Virus record (IMG/VR): IMGVR_UViG_3300034102_002177
Reading direction: 5' to 3' (one strand)
Length of the DNA stretch: 64,000 nucleotides
Source of the DNA: a virus
Lineage: Duplodnaviria; Heunggongvirae; Uroviricota; Caudoviricetes
The notes below the pieces were generated by a model. It was given only the letters and a program-made list of their open reading frames with translations, searched no databases and had not been told where the DNA came from. Positions 38,262 to 47,762 of this stretch are shown in pieces. A program made the position numbers and the translations under genes. The stretch's first letter is position 1. Every line of letters begins with the position of its first letter.

Positions 38262-38720
38262 ATGACAACTACAAAAACCAACACAATTATCACAGTTAAT
38301 GAAGGAACAATGGCTGGTGACGTATTCTACGGATCTTTTAGTACAATCGTTAAAAACAAGGTACATAAGGTACTAGTTACTAATCATCTTAAAGATGAGA
38401 ATCAAGAATATGAATTCCGTATCGCGGGAAAATGTAGAGCAGGGTTTATTAGTATCCACGATACTAAAGGAACACCTTCTAGTGTTATTCGTGGGTATAA
38501 GAAAAATGTATTAGTTAACATCCAAATGAAAAATGAGTTTGGTCATTGGATGAATGTTTATACTACTAAAGGTGGTAAGTGGTTTTCAATAGATAAAGCA
38601 TTCTTGGAAACATTAACTGTTGGGACTATGAGAGAATCATTCCCTGATATGTGTGACATGAATATTTGGACCCGAATGGGAGCAAAAACTTGGGCTGATA
38701 AAGCGTTTAGTCAAAATTAA
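38262..38720 (+). CDS. Hypothetical protein
   Basis: 152-aa ORF with its own promoter and terminator. Confidence 0.5.
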   Translation: MTTTKTNTIITVNEGTMAGDVFYGSFSTIVKNKVHKVLVTNHLKDENQEYEFRIAGKCRAGFISIHDTKGTPSSVIRGYKKNVLVNIQMKNEFGHWMNVYTTKGGKWFSIDKAFLETLTVGTMRESFPDMCDMNIWTRMGAKTWADKAFSQN

Positions 38721-38727
38721 TTAATCT

Positions 38728-38756
38728 TCCCCCCTTAATTGGGGGGATTTAAATTT
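38728..38756 (+). terminator. TCCCCCC-TTAATT-GGGGGGA hairpin plus T-rich tail
   Basis: 7-bp G/C stem. Confidence 0.6.
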
Positions 38757-38763
38757 TAAAACA

Positions 38764-39093
38764 ATGGGAACTTACATTTATACTTACAAGAAGAAATTAG
38801 ATAAGAAGGCAACTCTTGATGGACAAGAGGTTATAGTTGGAGAAGCAACTTTCTTGTGTAGACAAGATTGGTCTGGAAATTACACACCACAAGAAAAACG
38901 TGAAATGACAAGATCAGCATCTTTACTTGAACACGATCAACCGGAATATATTACATTCGGTGAAGAAGTTTATAAAAATAATAAACGTGGTCTTTGGAGT
39001 GATGGTAGTGGTTTTTGGTCAGGAATTGATTATAAAAACGACTATGTTGGTAAGTTAGAAAAACAAGGTAAAAAATATATAATAACAAAATAA
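38764..39093 (+). CDS. Hypothetical protein
   Basis: 109-aa ORF. Confidence 0.4.
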   Translation: MGTYIYTYKKKLDKKATLDGQEVIVGEATFLCRQDWSGNYTPQEKREMTRSASLLEHDQPEYITFGEEVYKNNKRGLWSDGSGFWSGIDYKNDYVGKLEKQGKKYIITK

Positions 39094-39094
39094 T

Positions 39095-39547
39095 ATGGGA
39101 AGTGTAATTGATAATATCGAATGTCCAAACTGTAAACAAGAAGCGTTTAGCGACTTCTATTATAAAACAGGAGAAGAATATATAGGTTGTAATAATTGTG
39201 GTTATCGTAGATTGGCATTTTATAAAAGAGATGAGAACGGTAAACTTGTAACCGAAGATGGTACTGATAATTATAAATTTGAAAATCTTATTATGGAATT
39301 TTCGGAACTTAAAAATCCATATGGATCATATAGGATAAAGACCTACAACTCACCGGCAACACAGATAGGTTCATTTGAAAATGAAGAACAATATAATGAG
39401 TTTAAGTTACAACTTGAAGGGGATGTTGAAATTGAGTTTTGTTCCGTGTCAAAATTTGTTGATGGTGAAATAAAAGTTGAAGTTTTAATTGATAATGGGC
39501 CACAAATTGATTCATCAGGATTTACACATGAAGATAATTTTTTATAA
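39095..39547 (+). CDS. Zinc-ribbon protein
   Basis: CPNCKQ...CNNCGY. Confidence 0.45.
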   Translation: MGSVIDNIECPNCKQEAFSDFYYKTGEEYIGCNNCGYRRLAFYKRDENGKLVTEDGTDNYKFENLIMEFSELKNPYGSYRIKTYNSPATQIGSFENEEQYNEFKLQLEGDVEIEFCSVSKFVDGEIKVEVLIDNGPQIDSSGFTHEDNFL

Positions 39548-39576
39548 TAAAAATTTGTTATTGTAAAATAGTTTAC

Positions 39577-39584
39577 TATCTTTG
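39577..39584 (+). promoter_or_regulatory. Bacteroidetes-type -7 box TAtcTTTG upstream of 39601
   Basis: Exact motif, 16 nt upstream of the ATG. Confidence 0.55.
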
Positions 39585-39600
39585 TTTAAAATTATAGAAT

Positions 39601-39885
39601 ATGTCAAAACCAACAATTACAGGATACACATTAAAAGTCATCAACGAGAACATGGGTGTGTTAATTGATGAGAAGTTTATGGATCAGATTCAATTCAAAT
39701 TGTTTCTAAAAATGATTCATGGATCAATTGAGTTAAAACACAATTTAAGTTTTTACAATGGTGATACATTTTTAGTTCACATTCCATATAAAATTTTGGT
39801 TAACTCTGTAATTATTAGTAATGAGAGTGAGATCTTAATGTCAGAACAAGTTAAGAGTAAGATTGAATCATTAGTAACACAATAG
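39601..39885 (+). CDS. Hypothetical protein
   Basis: 94-aa ORF. Confidence 0.4.
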   Translation: MSKPTITGYTLKVINENMGVLIDEKFMDQIQFKLFLKMIHGSIELKHNLSFYNGDTFLVHIPYKILVNSVIISNESEILMSEQVKSKIESLVTQ

Positions 39886-39888
39886 ATT

Positions 39889-40341
39889 ATGAAGAGAATA
39901 TTTTTTTTATTAGTATTATCCTTGGGTTTGTTTTCTTGTGAGAAACAAGTAATTGAACCGGGAGTGTATCAACCACCGGTTCCTACTAACCCAAACCCAC
40001 AGGATACTACAGAGTATTCATTGGTTGGACAAACTTGGGTGATCAAACAATACCGTATTGGTGAAATGGGATTACCATTGGATATGACCCCACCTGATAC
40101 AATTAAATTTATCACAAAGAGTGTGTATAAGTATAATTCAATGGGACCATATAACTATGGGTTTAATTCAGTTGGAACTGTTTATTCTTTAACATTGAAT
40201 TACACAATATTTGGGTATTTGACTGGTAATCTGAATAAGGTTAATTTAGAAATGGGATATATAATTGGGGGTAGATTTACAGATATTTCAATAGGTGTGG
40301 TTAATCCTCCAAACTACTACCTTTGGATTGAAAGAATATAG
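39889..40341 (+). CDS. Lipoprotein (signal peptide plus lipobox LFSC)
   Basis: MKRIFFLLVLSLGLFSCEKQ. Confidence 0.5.
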   Translation: MKRIFFLLVLSLGLFSCEKQVIEPGVYQPPVPTNPNPQDTTEYSLVGQTWVIKQYRIGEMGLPLDMTPPDTIKFITKSVYKYNSMGPYNYGFNSVGTVYSLTLNYTIFGYLTGNLNKVNLEMGYIIGGRFTDISIGVVNPPNYYLWIERI

Positions 40342-40343
40342 AT

Positions 40344-40823
40344 ATGGGAACAAATTATTACAGAATACCAACTGTAAATGAATTGGAAACAAGACGAAAT
40401 CGTCTTATGTCTAGAATTAGACAAATGGAATTAACTGTGGAATCGGTTAGTAAAGATTTTACGATTGGGGATCCTACTAAATTTGACAATTGGTCACCTT
40501 GGGATGAGTTTAGTGATAATGTAAAAGTTCATTTAGGTAAACGTAGTATGGGGTGGAAGTTCCTTTGGAATTTTAATGATGATAAGTATTTTAAGGATAA
40601 AGAATCACTATTTAAATTCATTAGATCAGGACGTATTATAGATGAATACGGAAATGAAATGAGTCAGGAAAAATTCATTGATATGGCTCTTTCTTGGGGT
40701 AAGGAAGATGGTTATGATATTGAGTCATACTATTTGGAATATCCTGAACGTAGAACTTCCTGGAGTAAACCTGAACGTTATGTGGATGGATTAAGAATAT
40801 CAGATTCAACAAACTTTAGTTAA
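40344..40823 (+). CDS. Hypothetical protein
   Basis: 159-aa ORF. Confidence 0.4.
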   Translation: MGTNYYRIPTVNELETRRNRLMSRIRQMELTVESVSKDFTIGDPTKFDNWSPWDEFSDNVKVHLGKRSMGWKFLWNFNDDKYFKDKESLFKFIRSGRIIDEYGNEMSQEKFIDMALSWGKEDGYDIESYYLEYPERRTSWSKPERYVDGLRISDSTNFS

Positions 40824-40882
40824 TTTTCCTTGTTTAGTAAAACAAGGTGGTGGAGTCGGACAATTCGTTGTCGACCTTTAAA

Positions 40883-40909
40883 GGGAGGGGTTAACCTTCC
40901 CTTTTTTTA
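40883..40909. terminator. GGGAGGG-GTTAA-CCTTCCC hairpin plus TTTTTTT, between convergent genes
   Basis: 7-bp stem with T7. Confidence 0.65.
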
Positions 40910-41451
40910 TTTAGTTTTTCTAAATAAGATTTAACATTTGCTTTTGCTTTAAATAAATTTGATTTTGAGGTCCCATCACTAATTCCTAATTCATCGGCAA
41001 TTTCTTGGTGAGACATATTTTCAAAATAATACATATTAAAAATTCTTTTATATGATGGTGATAAACTTTCCATCGCATCTTTAATATCTGACATAGAAAA
41101 AATGGGTTCTTCATTTGGTATATCCTCAAGACCTAAATCTTCATAACCAAAATCAACATCTTTTCTTTTTGGAGATCTTTTTTCTTTTCTTAATTCATCA
41201 ATAATTGTATTTTTTATAATACGTTGAATCCAACCTTCAAGGCTACCTGAACCATCGTACATAGACATTTTTTGGTGAACTTTAATAAACCCTAATTGAC
41301 AAAAATCATTTGCCTTTTCTATATCACCATTTGCATATCTTAAACAAATTTGTTTAAATAGTTTTGGGTATAATCTTTTATATTCAAGATCAAAATTAAA
41401 ACCTTCATTTAATAGGTGTTGATATTGTAACTCAGTCAAGATAATTTTCAT
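40891..41451 (-). CDS. ECF-type (sigma-24 family) sigma factor, orphan with no adjacent anti-sigma
   Basis: Region 2 YPKLFKQICLRYANGDIEKANDFCQLGFIKV. Region 4 LSPSYKRIFNMYYFENMSHQEIADELGISDGTSKSNLFKAKANV. Confidence 0.7.
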   Translation of the reverse strand: MKIILTELQYQHLLNEGFNFDLEYKRLYPKLFKQICLRYANGDIEKANDFCQLGFIKVHQKMSMYDGSGSLEGWIQRIIKNTIIDELRKEKRSPKRKDVDFGYEDLGLEDIPNEEPIFSMSDIKDAMESLSPSYKRIFNMYYFENMSHQEIADELGISDGTSKSNLFKAKANVKSYLEKLNKKREG

Positions 41452-41492
41452 ACATATAAATAGTTGTTTATTAAAAAAAAATTTTCTATATT

Positions 41493-41900
41493 TTGATTAT
41501 GGAAAAAATATTATATATTGTTCGTGGAATTCCAGGATCCGGTAAATCCACATTTGCCAAATCTTTAGGTGGTACTCACTTTGAAACTGATATGTTTTTT
41601 ATGAAAGACGGTGAGTATAAATTTGATATGTTTAAACTTAAAGAGGCTCATAAATGGTGCCAGGATAGTGTTTATAGTGCAATGCTATTAAATCATACTG
41701 CGTTATTAAACAACGTAATTGTTGTTTCAAACACATTCACTCAAGAATGGGAAATGAAACCATATTTTGAAATGGCGGAATATTTTGAATATAAAATTTT
41801 TTCCATAATTGTGGAAAACAGGCACGGTGGTATTAACGAACATAATGTACCTGAAGAAACATTAACCTCAATGAGAAATCGGTTTGAAATAAATTTGTAG
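41493..41900 (+). CDS. P-loop polynucleotide kinase-like protein (T4 Pnk N-terminal domain-like)
   Basis: LYIVRGIPGSGKSTFAKSL Walker A. Resembles the T4 Pnk N-terminus ILTIGCPGSGKSTWAREF. Confidence 0.6.
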   Translation: MIMEKILYIVRGIPGSGKSTFAKSLGGTHFETDMFFMKDGEYKFDMFKLKEAHKWCQDSVYSAMLLNHTALLNNVIVVSNTFTQEWEMKPYFEMAEYFEYKIFSIIVENRHGGINEHNVPEETLTSMRNRFEINL

Positions 41901-41902
41901 TT

Positions 41903-42817
41903 ATGAGTAGATTAGATAAATTAAAAGAACAACATCCTGAATTAAACATTACAATTATTGATCTTATTGGTATGATAGATCCTACCGATACTTACAAGTA
42001 TTCGGAGTTTCTAATTAAAATTTTGAAAAATTGGTATGATAATATGGACATACGATATGGAATTGGGGTTGATCTTTTTGGTGATGAGAATGTAGAGACC
42101 TTAAATGAGTTTGAAAAACATTGTAAGGCAAAAAGAATTGAAAAAAACGATATTAGTCAACATACCACCTTTATAACTTTACAAAGTGAGGTTAATAAGG
42201 CTAAAGAAATTCTTAGATTGAAAGAGTTAGAAAAACAAACCAAAAAATTACTTGAACACGGAGAATGGTTGGTTATGATACCATTAAGTTATGAAGCGGC
42301 GAAGTTATATGGGGCAAATACTAAATGGTGTATAACTGAATTAAAATATTGGAATAACTATGTTGAGAATTATAAAATTATTTATGTGATCAATAGAAGT
42401 ACGGATGTTAAATACGCTATCTCTAGAGATAAAACGGATAATAAAGATTTAAAAGCGTGGTTGTCTGATGATAGTGAGACAAGTCCATTACTATTAAATA
42501 TACCTCAGGAAATATGGTCGGTGGTAATACCTGAATTACAAAAAGAAGAATCAATATGGGATTTACTACCAGATAATAATAAGATTATTCCACATAATTT
42601 GGGTTCGGATAACATCCTTGATAGAGTGAGAAATTTATTAATCAGCAATAGTACGGGCACAACAAATTTGACCGGAGGTTATATGGGTGACATAAATACT
42701 GATTTCCGCACTGACGCATATAAAACTTACAGTACATATGGTACATATGGAGATGATTTTGAAAAGTATTTAAGAGAATATATGTATACGTCAGATGAAT
42801 CAATTGATTTACCTTAA
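41903..42817 (+). CDS. KWCT-core paralog family protein, copy 1
   Basis: EWLVMIPLSYEAAKLYGANTKWCITE...YKIIYVINRS. Confidence 0.55.
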   Translation: MSRLDKLKEQHPELNITIIDLIGMIDPTDTYKYSEFLIKILKNWYDNMDIRYGIGVDLFGDENVETLNEFEKHCKAKRIEKNDISQHTTFITLQSEVNKAKEILRLKELEKQTKKLLEHGEWLVMIPLSYEAAKLYGANTKWCITELKYWNNYVENYKIIYVINRSTDVKYAISRDKTDNKDLKAWLSDDSETSPLLLNIPQEIWSVVIPELQKEESIWDLLPDNNKIIPHNLGSDNILDRVRNLLISNSTGTTNLTGGYMGDINTDFRTDAYKTYSTYGTYGDDFEKYLREYMYTSDESIDLP

Positions 42818-42828
42818 ATAAAAAGAAT

Positions 42829-43482
42829 ATGAAATTTGATAAAATATTAACAACAGGTAGAGTGTGGGTCACATCGGATCCACATTACAACCATAAAAAC
42901 ATTTGTAGAGGGGTAACGAATTGGAGAACCCAAGATGGTGAGATTCCTATTAATAGTACAAGAGATTTTCACACAATAGATCTAATGAATAATGTTTTAG
43001 TGGATAACATAAACTCAAAAGTTGGACAGAACGACACATTAATTATATTGGGTGATGTTGCGTTCGGTGGTTTTGAAAGTATTAGAATTTTCTTGGATCG
43101 TTTGGTGTGTAAGAATATTCATTTAGTTATGGGTAATCATGATCAACACATAAGAAACAATAGAGATAACATCAAAGATATGTTTTTATCTGTGAGCGAT
43201 TACCTCCAAGTTAATATTGACGGTGCCGATTTTGTTATGACACATTATCCATTTGAAAGTTGGAATGGTCTTAATAAAGGTGTTATACACCTTCACGGAC
43301 ACGTTCACTTACCTGCAAGTAAAAAGTGGGGTAAAGGTAAACGATTAGATGTTGGTGTTGATGGTAACAATCTATCACCATATAGTATAACTGAAATTGT
43401 ACATATGATGGATAAACGAGATATCGTTCCTGAAATGGAAGGTGATCACCATTTAGATGATTTAATTGGGGTTATTGGATAA
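42829..43482 (+). CDS. Calcineurin-like metallophosphoesterase (lambda-PPase or CthPnkp-phosphoesterase type)
   Basis: DPHYNH, ILGDVAFGG, GNHDQ, LHGHVH. Confidence 0.75.
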   Translation: MKFDKILTTGRVWVTSDPHYNHKNICRGVTNWRTQDGEIPINSTRDFHTIDLMNNVLVDNINSKVGQNDTLIILGDVAFGGFESIRIFLDRLVCKNIHLVMGNHDQHIRNNRDNIKDMFLSVSDYLQVNIDGADFVMTHYPFESWNGLNKGVIHLHGHVHLPASKKWGKGKRLDVGVDGNNLSPYSITEIVHMMDKRDIVPEMEGDHHLDDLIGVIG

Positions 43483-43509
43483 TTTAATATCCTCAATATA
43501 TTTATTAGT

Positions 43510-44748
43510 ATGAAAATTATTATAACTGAAAGTCAATGTAGAATTATTAATGAGGCGTTAGGTGTTCCTGACAATATTCTTGATGCCGCAGAAAAACTAT
43601 TTGAGATAGTATCTAAAGATATTCAAACCATTAATACCAAACAAGAAGAATATAATTTTGAGGGGGATTTAGATATTGAGTTAGGGTATAATAAAAAAAT
43701 AATTATTGATCATTATGAGTTATCGGTTGAGGTAAAAGAATTTGATGAATACAATGGTGAACCGGATGTTCTATCAATGGGTATGGGTCAAACATTTAGG
43801 TTTGATAGAAAAATTATGATGAAAAAAGTTAAACCATCAACGAATGCCGCTTTAGTAATAACATTTGCGGTTTCACCATATTGGGAACCTAACCAGTTAT
43901 ATGAAACTTTAATAAAAAACAAGAGTGAACATTTATCTTCACTAGCGCATGAACTAAAACATAAGTACGATAAACAAGCGAAACAAACTGATTTAATCGG
44001 TAGAGATGTAAAATATAGTGCAACACAAAAAATCTCTACATTTGGAATACCTGTGATAGATAAACAATTTTTTAGGTATATGTACTATACTTCTATTGCT
44101 GAAAATTTAGTAAGACCAACTGAAATTGCATCTGGACTTAAAAGTGAAAATATAACAAAATCTCAATTCAGGGAATTTTTACAAAACAATAGAGTTTATA
44201 AAGAATTAATTGAAATTAAAAATTTTACATACGAAAAACTTATTGAAGGTTTGTATGAAAGGATGGACAGAGTGGATGCATTACTTAACCATATTGGAGA
44301 AGATACGGATGAAATGACGGATCAAGAAAAAGTTGAAAGAGTACTAGAACTTGTATTTATAAATCTTGCAAATATAAAAATTGAAATATTTGATGAAATG
44401 GTTAGTACTGAGAACGATATGTTAAAAAGTTTTTTTAGACAAATGGTGGGTAATGTACCTTCATTTATGGAAGATGATGAAGAAAAAAACGTGGATAAAG
44501 TAAGGAGAAAAATTATAAATAGTATTGTTAAATATGAAAAAGACCCCTTAAGATTCTTCCAAGACGAGTGCGAAAAATTTAATTACATTACAACAAAAAT
44601 GTTGAAAAAAATTGGTAAACTTTATGCTATGGCAAAAGATGATGAACCGGTTAATGAATCTATCATTAATTGGGAACTTCATCAGAAGTTAATGGAAAAA
44701 AAGTATGGAAAAAGACCAATACACAAAAAAATTTCTTACTTAAAGTAA
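43510..44748 (+). CDS. Hypothetical protein
   Basis: 412-aa ORF. Confidence 0.5.
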   Translation: MKIIITESQCRIINEALGVPDNILDAAEKLFEIVSKDIQTINTKQEEYNFEGDLDIELGYNKKIIIDHYELSVEVKEFDEYNGEPDVLSMGMGQTFRFDRKIMMKKVKPSTNAALVITFAVSPYWEPNQLYETLIKNKSEHLSSLAHELKHKYDKQAKQTDLIGRDVKYSATQKISTFGIPVIDKQFFRYMYYTSIAENLVRPTEIASGLKSENITKSQFREFLQNNRVYKELIEIKNFTYEKLIEGLYERMDRVDALLNHIGEDTDEMTDQEKVERVLELVFINLANIKIEIFDEMVSTENDMLKSFFRQMVGNVPSFMEDDEEKNVDKVRRKIINSIVKYEKDPLRFFQDECEKFNYITTKMLKKIGKLYAMAKDDEPVNESIINWELHQKLMEKKYGKRPIHKKISYLK

Positions 44749-44768
44749 ATTAATCAAAATTTTTTTAT

Positions 44769-44776
44769 TATCTTTG
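44769..44776 (+). promoter_or_regulatory. Bacteroidetes-type -7 box TAtcTTTG, 7 nt upstream of a short ORF
   Basis: Exact motif. Confidence 0.5.
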
Positions 44777-44783
44777 TTCTTAT

Positions 44784-44963
44784 ATGAAAAAACCATGTAA
44801 GGAATGTCCTCATTTTATCAAAAATCATCACAATGATATGATTGTTAGTTTTGCCGAAAGAACCGGTAAAAAACATAATTGTCATATGACGGAAGGAAAA
44901 AAAGATTTGTGGAATGTAACGGATAAGAAACTTGAATGTTATGGTAGTAGAAAGGACAGTTAA
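44784..44963 (+). CDS. Small Cys/His-rich (zinc-binding-like) protein, 59 aa. Below the track cutoff
   Basis: MKKPCKECPHFIKNHHND...NCHMTEGKK...ECYG. Promoter immediately upstream. Replaces the antisense track ORF 44754..44978. Confidence 0.4.
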   Translation: MKKPCKECPHFIKNHHNDMIVSFAERTGKKHNCHMTEGKKDLWNVTDKKLECYGSRKDS

Positions 44964-45222
44964 GAAGAAATATATCATTGTGTTTTTAAGTGCTTCGGTT
45001 CTTGAAATTGGGAGTACTTTTTACATTAGTGTGGTCTCAGATAAGGATTATCTTGGTATGATGTTTTTTGCATTTATTGGGCCATTTCTATCATTACCAT
45101 TTGTTGGTTTTATGGTTGAATCAAAAACTTGGAAAGAAAGATTAAAACTTGCTTTATGGTCAGGTTTTGGTTATTTGATTGGTTCATTAATAACTATTAT
45201 ATTTTTTGAAATATTAAAATGA
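44932..45222 (+). CDS. Small membrane protein
   Basis: Three hydrophobic helices. Start uncertain. Confidence 0.35.
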   Translation: MNVMVVERTVKKKYIIVFLSASVLEIGSTFYISVVSDKDYLGMMFFAFIGPFLSLPFVGFMVESKTWKERLKLALWSGFGYLIGSLITIIFFEILK

Positions 45223-45581
45223 AAAAAAAAGAAACAAAATTTGGAACCTATATAGATATGGAAACAAAAAGTAACTCAGAAATAACCGGAGATAAAATCA
45301 CGGTATTCGTAGAAAGATTAAAAAAGATTGGTATTGAAGTTAAACTTGTGGGTAACTATCCTTGGGTTTATATTGATGAAATCTGTGGTATTAAAGTAAA
45401 AGAGAAGTTCGCGGGTAATCACGGGTTTACTATAATCTTTCTTCCTGTAAGAACTGACACACCGCCAAGCGATTTTACCGATATTGGGGAGACATTCAAA
45501 TTGATAAGAAAATACAGTAGACAAGCTCTATTGGTAAAACTTATGAAAGATGATGAAGAAAGTGGAATGTATGAAAATTAA
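45219..45581 (+). CDS. Hypothetical protein
   Basis: 120-aa ORF. Confidence 0.4.
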   Translation: MKKKETKFGTYIDMETKSNSEITGDKITVFVERLKKIGIEVKLVGNYPWVYIDEICGIKVKEKFAGNHGFTIIFLPVRTDTPPSDFTDIGETFKLIRKYSRQALLVKLMKDDEESGMYEN

Positions 45582-45592
45582 AAAAAATAAAA

Positions 45593-46036
45593 ATGGAAAA
45601 ACAAAAATATAGAATTTATTTGGATGATGTAAGAACACCGGTTAGTCCTAACAATGCATTGGTGGATGGTATTCCTGAGTGGACTGTGGTTCGTTCTTAC
45701 GACGAGTTCGTACAAAAGATAAACTCAATTGGTTTGGAGAACATTGAGTTAATCTCATTAGATCACGACTTGGGTGACAGTGCTATGTCAGAATGGTTAT
45801 ATGGTGTTACTAAAAACTATTCAATTAACTACGATAACATTACCGAAAAAACCGGTATGGATTGTACTAAATGGTTAGTGAATCAATGGTTAGATGGTAA
45901 ACCTGTTGTTGAAGTTGTAGTTCATTCCGCAAACGCTGTTGGTAGTGCAAATATGATGGGTTACATTAACAATTACCGACACCTCAATCGTTTACCACAA
46001 AATTGTGTGAGAGTACAAATAGAACATACAGTATAA
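45593..46036 (+). CDS. Hypothetical protein
   Basis: 147-aa ORF. Confidence 0.45.
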   Translation: MEKQKYRIYLDDVRTPVSPNNALVDGIPEWTVVRSYDEFVQKINSIGLENIELISLDHDLGDSAMSEWLYGVTKNYSINYDNITEKTGMDCTKWLVNQWLDGKPVVEVVVHSANAVGSANMMGYINNYRHLNRLPQNCVRVQIEHTV

Positions 46037-46046
46037 AAATAAAGTT

Positions 46047-46307
46047 ATGGAATTAGAAAAATTTGAACAAGCAAAAAAAGTAAAAGAAAACCTTGATAGG
46101 TTGGAAAGACAGAAGTATAAATTGGAATCTGCGCTTAAATCTTGTGGTTTGAGTGTCACGATTGGATTTACACACTCTGGAGGATTCAACAGAAAAGGTG
46201 AGGTCAGTTTCTATAACAAAGAGATTATTAAAGAAATGATCTCTAAAGAACTTGATAGAGTGAATGAAGAAATTGATTTAGTAAAAAAAGAATTTGAAAA
46301 CGTATAA
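46047..46307 (+). CDS. Small coiled-coil protein
   Basis: 86-aa ORF. Confidence 0.4.
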   Translation: MELEKFEQAKKVKENLDRLERQKYKLESALKSCGLSVTIGFTHSGGFNRKGEVSFYNKEIIKEMISKELDRVNEEIDLVKKEFENV

Positions 46308-46310
46308 AAA

Positions 46311-47444
46311 ATGGAAAATTTAAATAGTGTATGTTATGTTGGTGTGATCGGAGAGATATTACCAATAGATGGAGCGGATAACATTGAACTTGCATTGGTT
46401 GGTGGTTGGCAAGCCATTACTAAGAAAGGTGAATATAGTGTTGGTGATAAGGTTGTTGTTGCAACTACCGATGCGGTAATCCCTGTTGAATTATCTGATT
46501 TAATGGGCGTAACTAATTACCTAAGAAAAGGTCAAAGAGTTCGCACCGTTAAACTTCGTAAAGTTTACTCTGAGTGTTTGTTAATACCATTCAAATACTT
46601 GGCACCAAGGTCTTTGGAGAACAATGTAAATGAAGGTCACGACATGATGGAACTGTTAGGTATCACTAAATATGAACCACCAGTTAAGATGGTTGAGATG
46701 AGTGTTGGTGGAAGAAAATTCAAATACCACCAAAACCCGAACTTCCACATTTACTACAAATTCCCAAATATGAAGAACGTACCTGATATGTTCAATGAGG
46801 AGGATGAAGTATGTATCACTCGTAAGTTACACGGAACCAATGCTCGTTACGGTATTGTGAGAAAGAAAAAACTTTCAATCCTTGATAAGATTAAAGGGTG
46901 GTTTGGTAATCAATGGGTTGGTTACGAATACGTTTATGGATCCCACAACGTTGAGAAGGGATCTGACTCTCAAGGTTTTTATGCAACTGATGTGTGGAAA
47001 ACAGTTGCGGAAAAATATGATATCCGTAAAAAACTTTGGGATCACGTTAAAGATACTTTTGATCCTAATGATGTTGGTTCAGGATTTATCATCTATGGTG
47101 AAATCTATGGACACGGAATACAAAAGAATTACGACTATGGTTTAACTGAAATCCGTTTTGCGGGATTTGACGTTGAGGTTGATGGATCTTATGTTGATAA
47201 CATTTACCAATCAACTCATTTTAAATGTTTAGGTTTAGAAGAAGTTGAAACTTTATATTCAGGTCTTTGGTCAAAAGAAGAACAAGATAAATATGTGTTT
47301 AATAACAACATTCAAGGAACTAAAGTTCCTCACGAAGGTATTGTTGTAAAATGTTTATCTGGTAATCGTCATAAGATTGGAAAAGTAATCAACCCTGATT
47401 ATTTAATTTACGGTGAAAAAAATAACGTAGGTGACTCCCATTAA
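46311..47444 (+). CDS. RNA ligase, Rnl5-type (DraRnl/NgrRnl-like)
   Basis: Motif I as KLHGTN (KxHGxN variant characteristic of DraRnl), motif IV EGIVVK, motif V HKIGKV. Confidence 0.65.
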   Translation: MENLNSVCYVGVIGEILPIDGADNIELALVGGWQAITKKGEYSVGDKVVVATTDAVIPVELSDLMGVTNYLRKGQRVRTVKLRKVYSECLLIPFKYLAPRSLENNVNEGHDMMELLGITKYEPPVKMVEMSVGGRKFKYHQNPNFHIYYKFPNMKNVPDMFNEEDEVCITRKLHGTNARYGIVRKKKLSILDKIKGWFGNQWVGYEYVYGSHNVEKGSDSQGFYATDVWKTVAEKYDIRKKLWDHVKDTFDPNDVGSGFIIYGEIYGHGIQKNYDYGLTEIRFAGFDVEVDGSYVDNIYQSTHFKCLGLEEVETLYSGLWSKEEQDKYVFNNNIQGTKVPHEGIVVKCLSGNRHKIGKVINPDYLIYGEKNNVGDSH

Positions 47445-47488
47445 CTTGATGGGATCACTTTTTTTATTTATATTTAAAAAAATAACAA

Positions 47489-47761
47489 ATGAGTTGGGTT
47501 AGAATTGATGTGGATTTAGATGAGGTTTATAATGAAATGAGCCGCAATGATAAAAGAGATATGGCCGAATGGTTACACGAAGATGGAATTTTGGAATCAC
47601 ATCCAAATCCTGAAATACGTAAAGTGGTTAGAGGTGACCGAGAATCTCCAGGGGAAAAAGAATTAAGAGATAATCTCCTTAGAATATGGAATTCTTATTA
47701 TCAGTTAACACAAGAAGATGAAGAAATAATAAAAAAAATAACAAATAAATTACCTTTATAG
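47489..47761 (+). CDS. Hypothetical protein
   Basis: 90-aa ORF. Confidence 0.4.
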   Translation: MSWVRIDVDLDEVYNEMSRNDKRDMAEWLHEDGILESHPNPEIRKVVRGDRESPGEKELRDNLLRIWNSYYQLTQEDEEIIKKITNKLPL

Positions 47762-47762
47762 T

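Noticed and set aside
44754-44978. 74-aa minus-strand track ORF
   Set aside because: No promoter or terminator context. A + strand 59-codon ORF with a canonical promoter box occupies the same DNA and is preferred.
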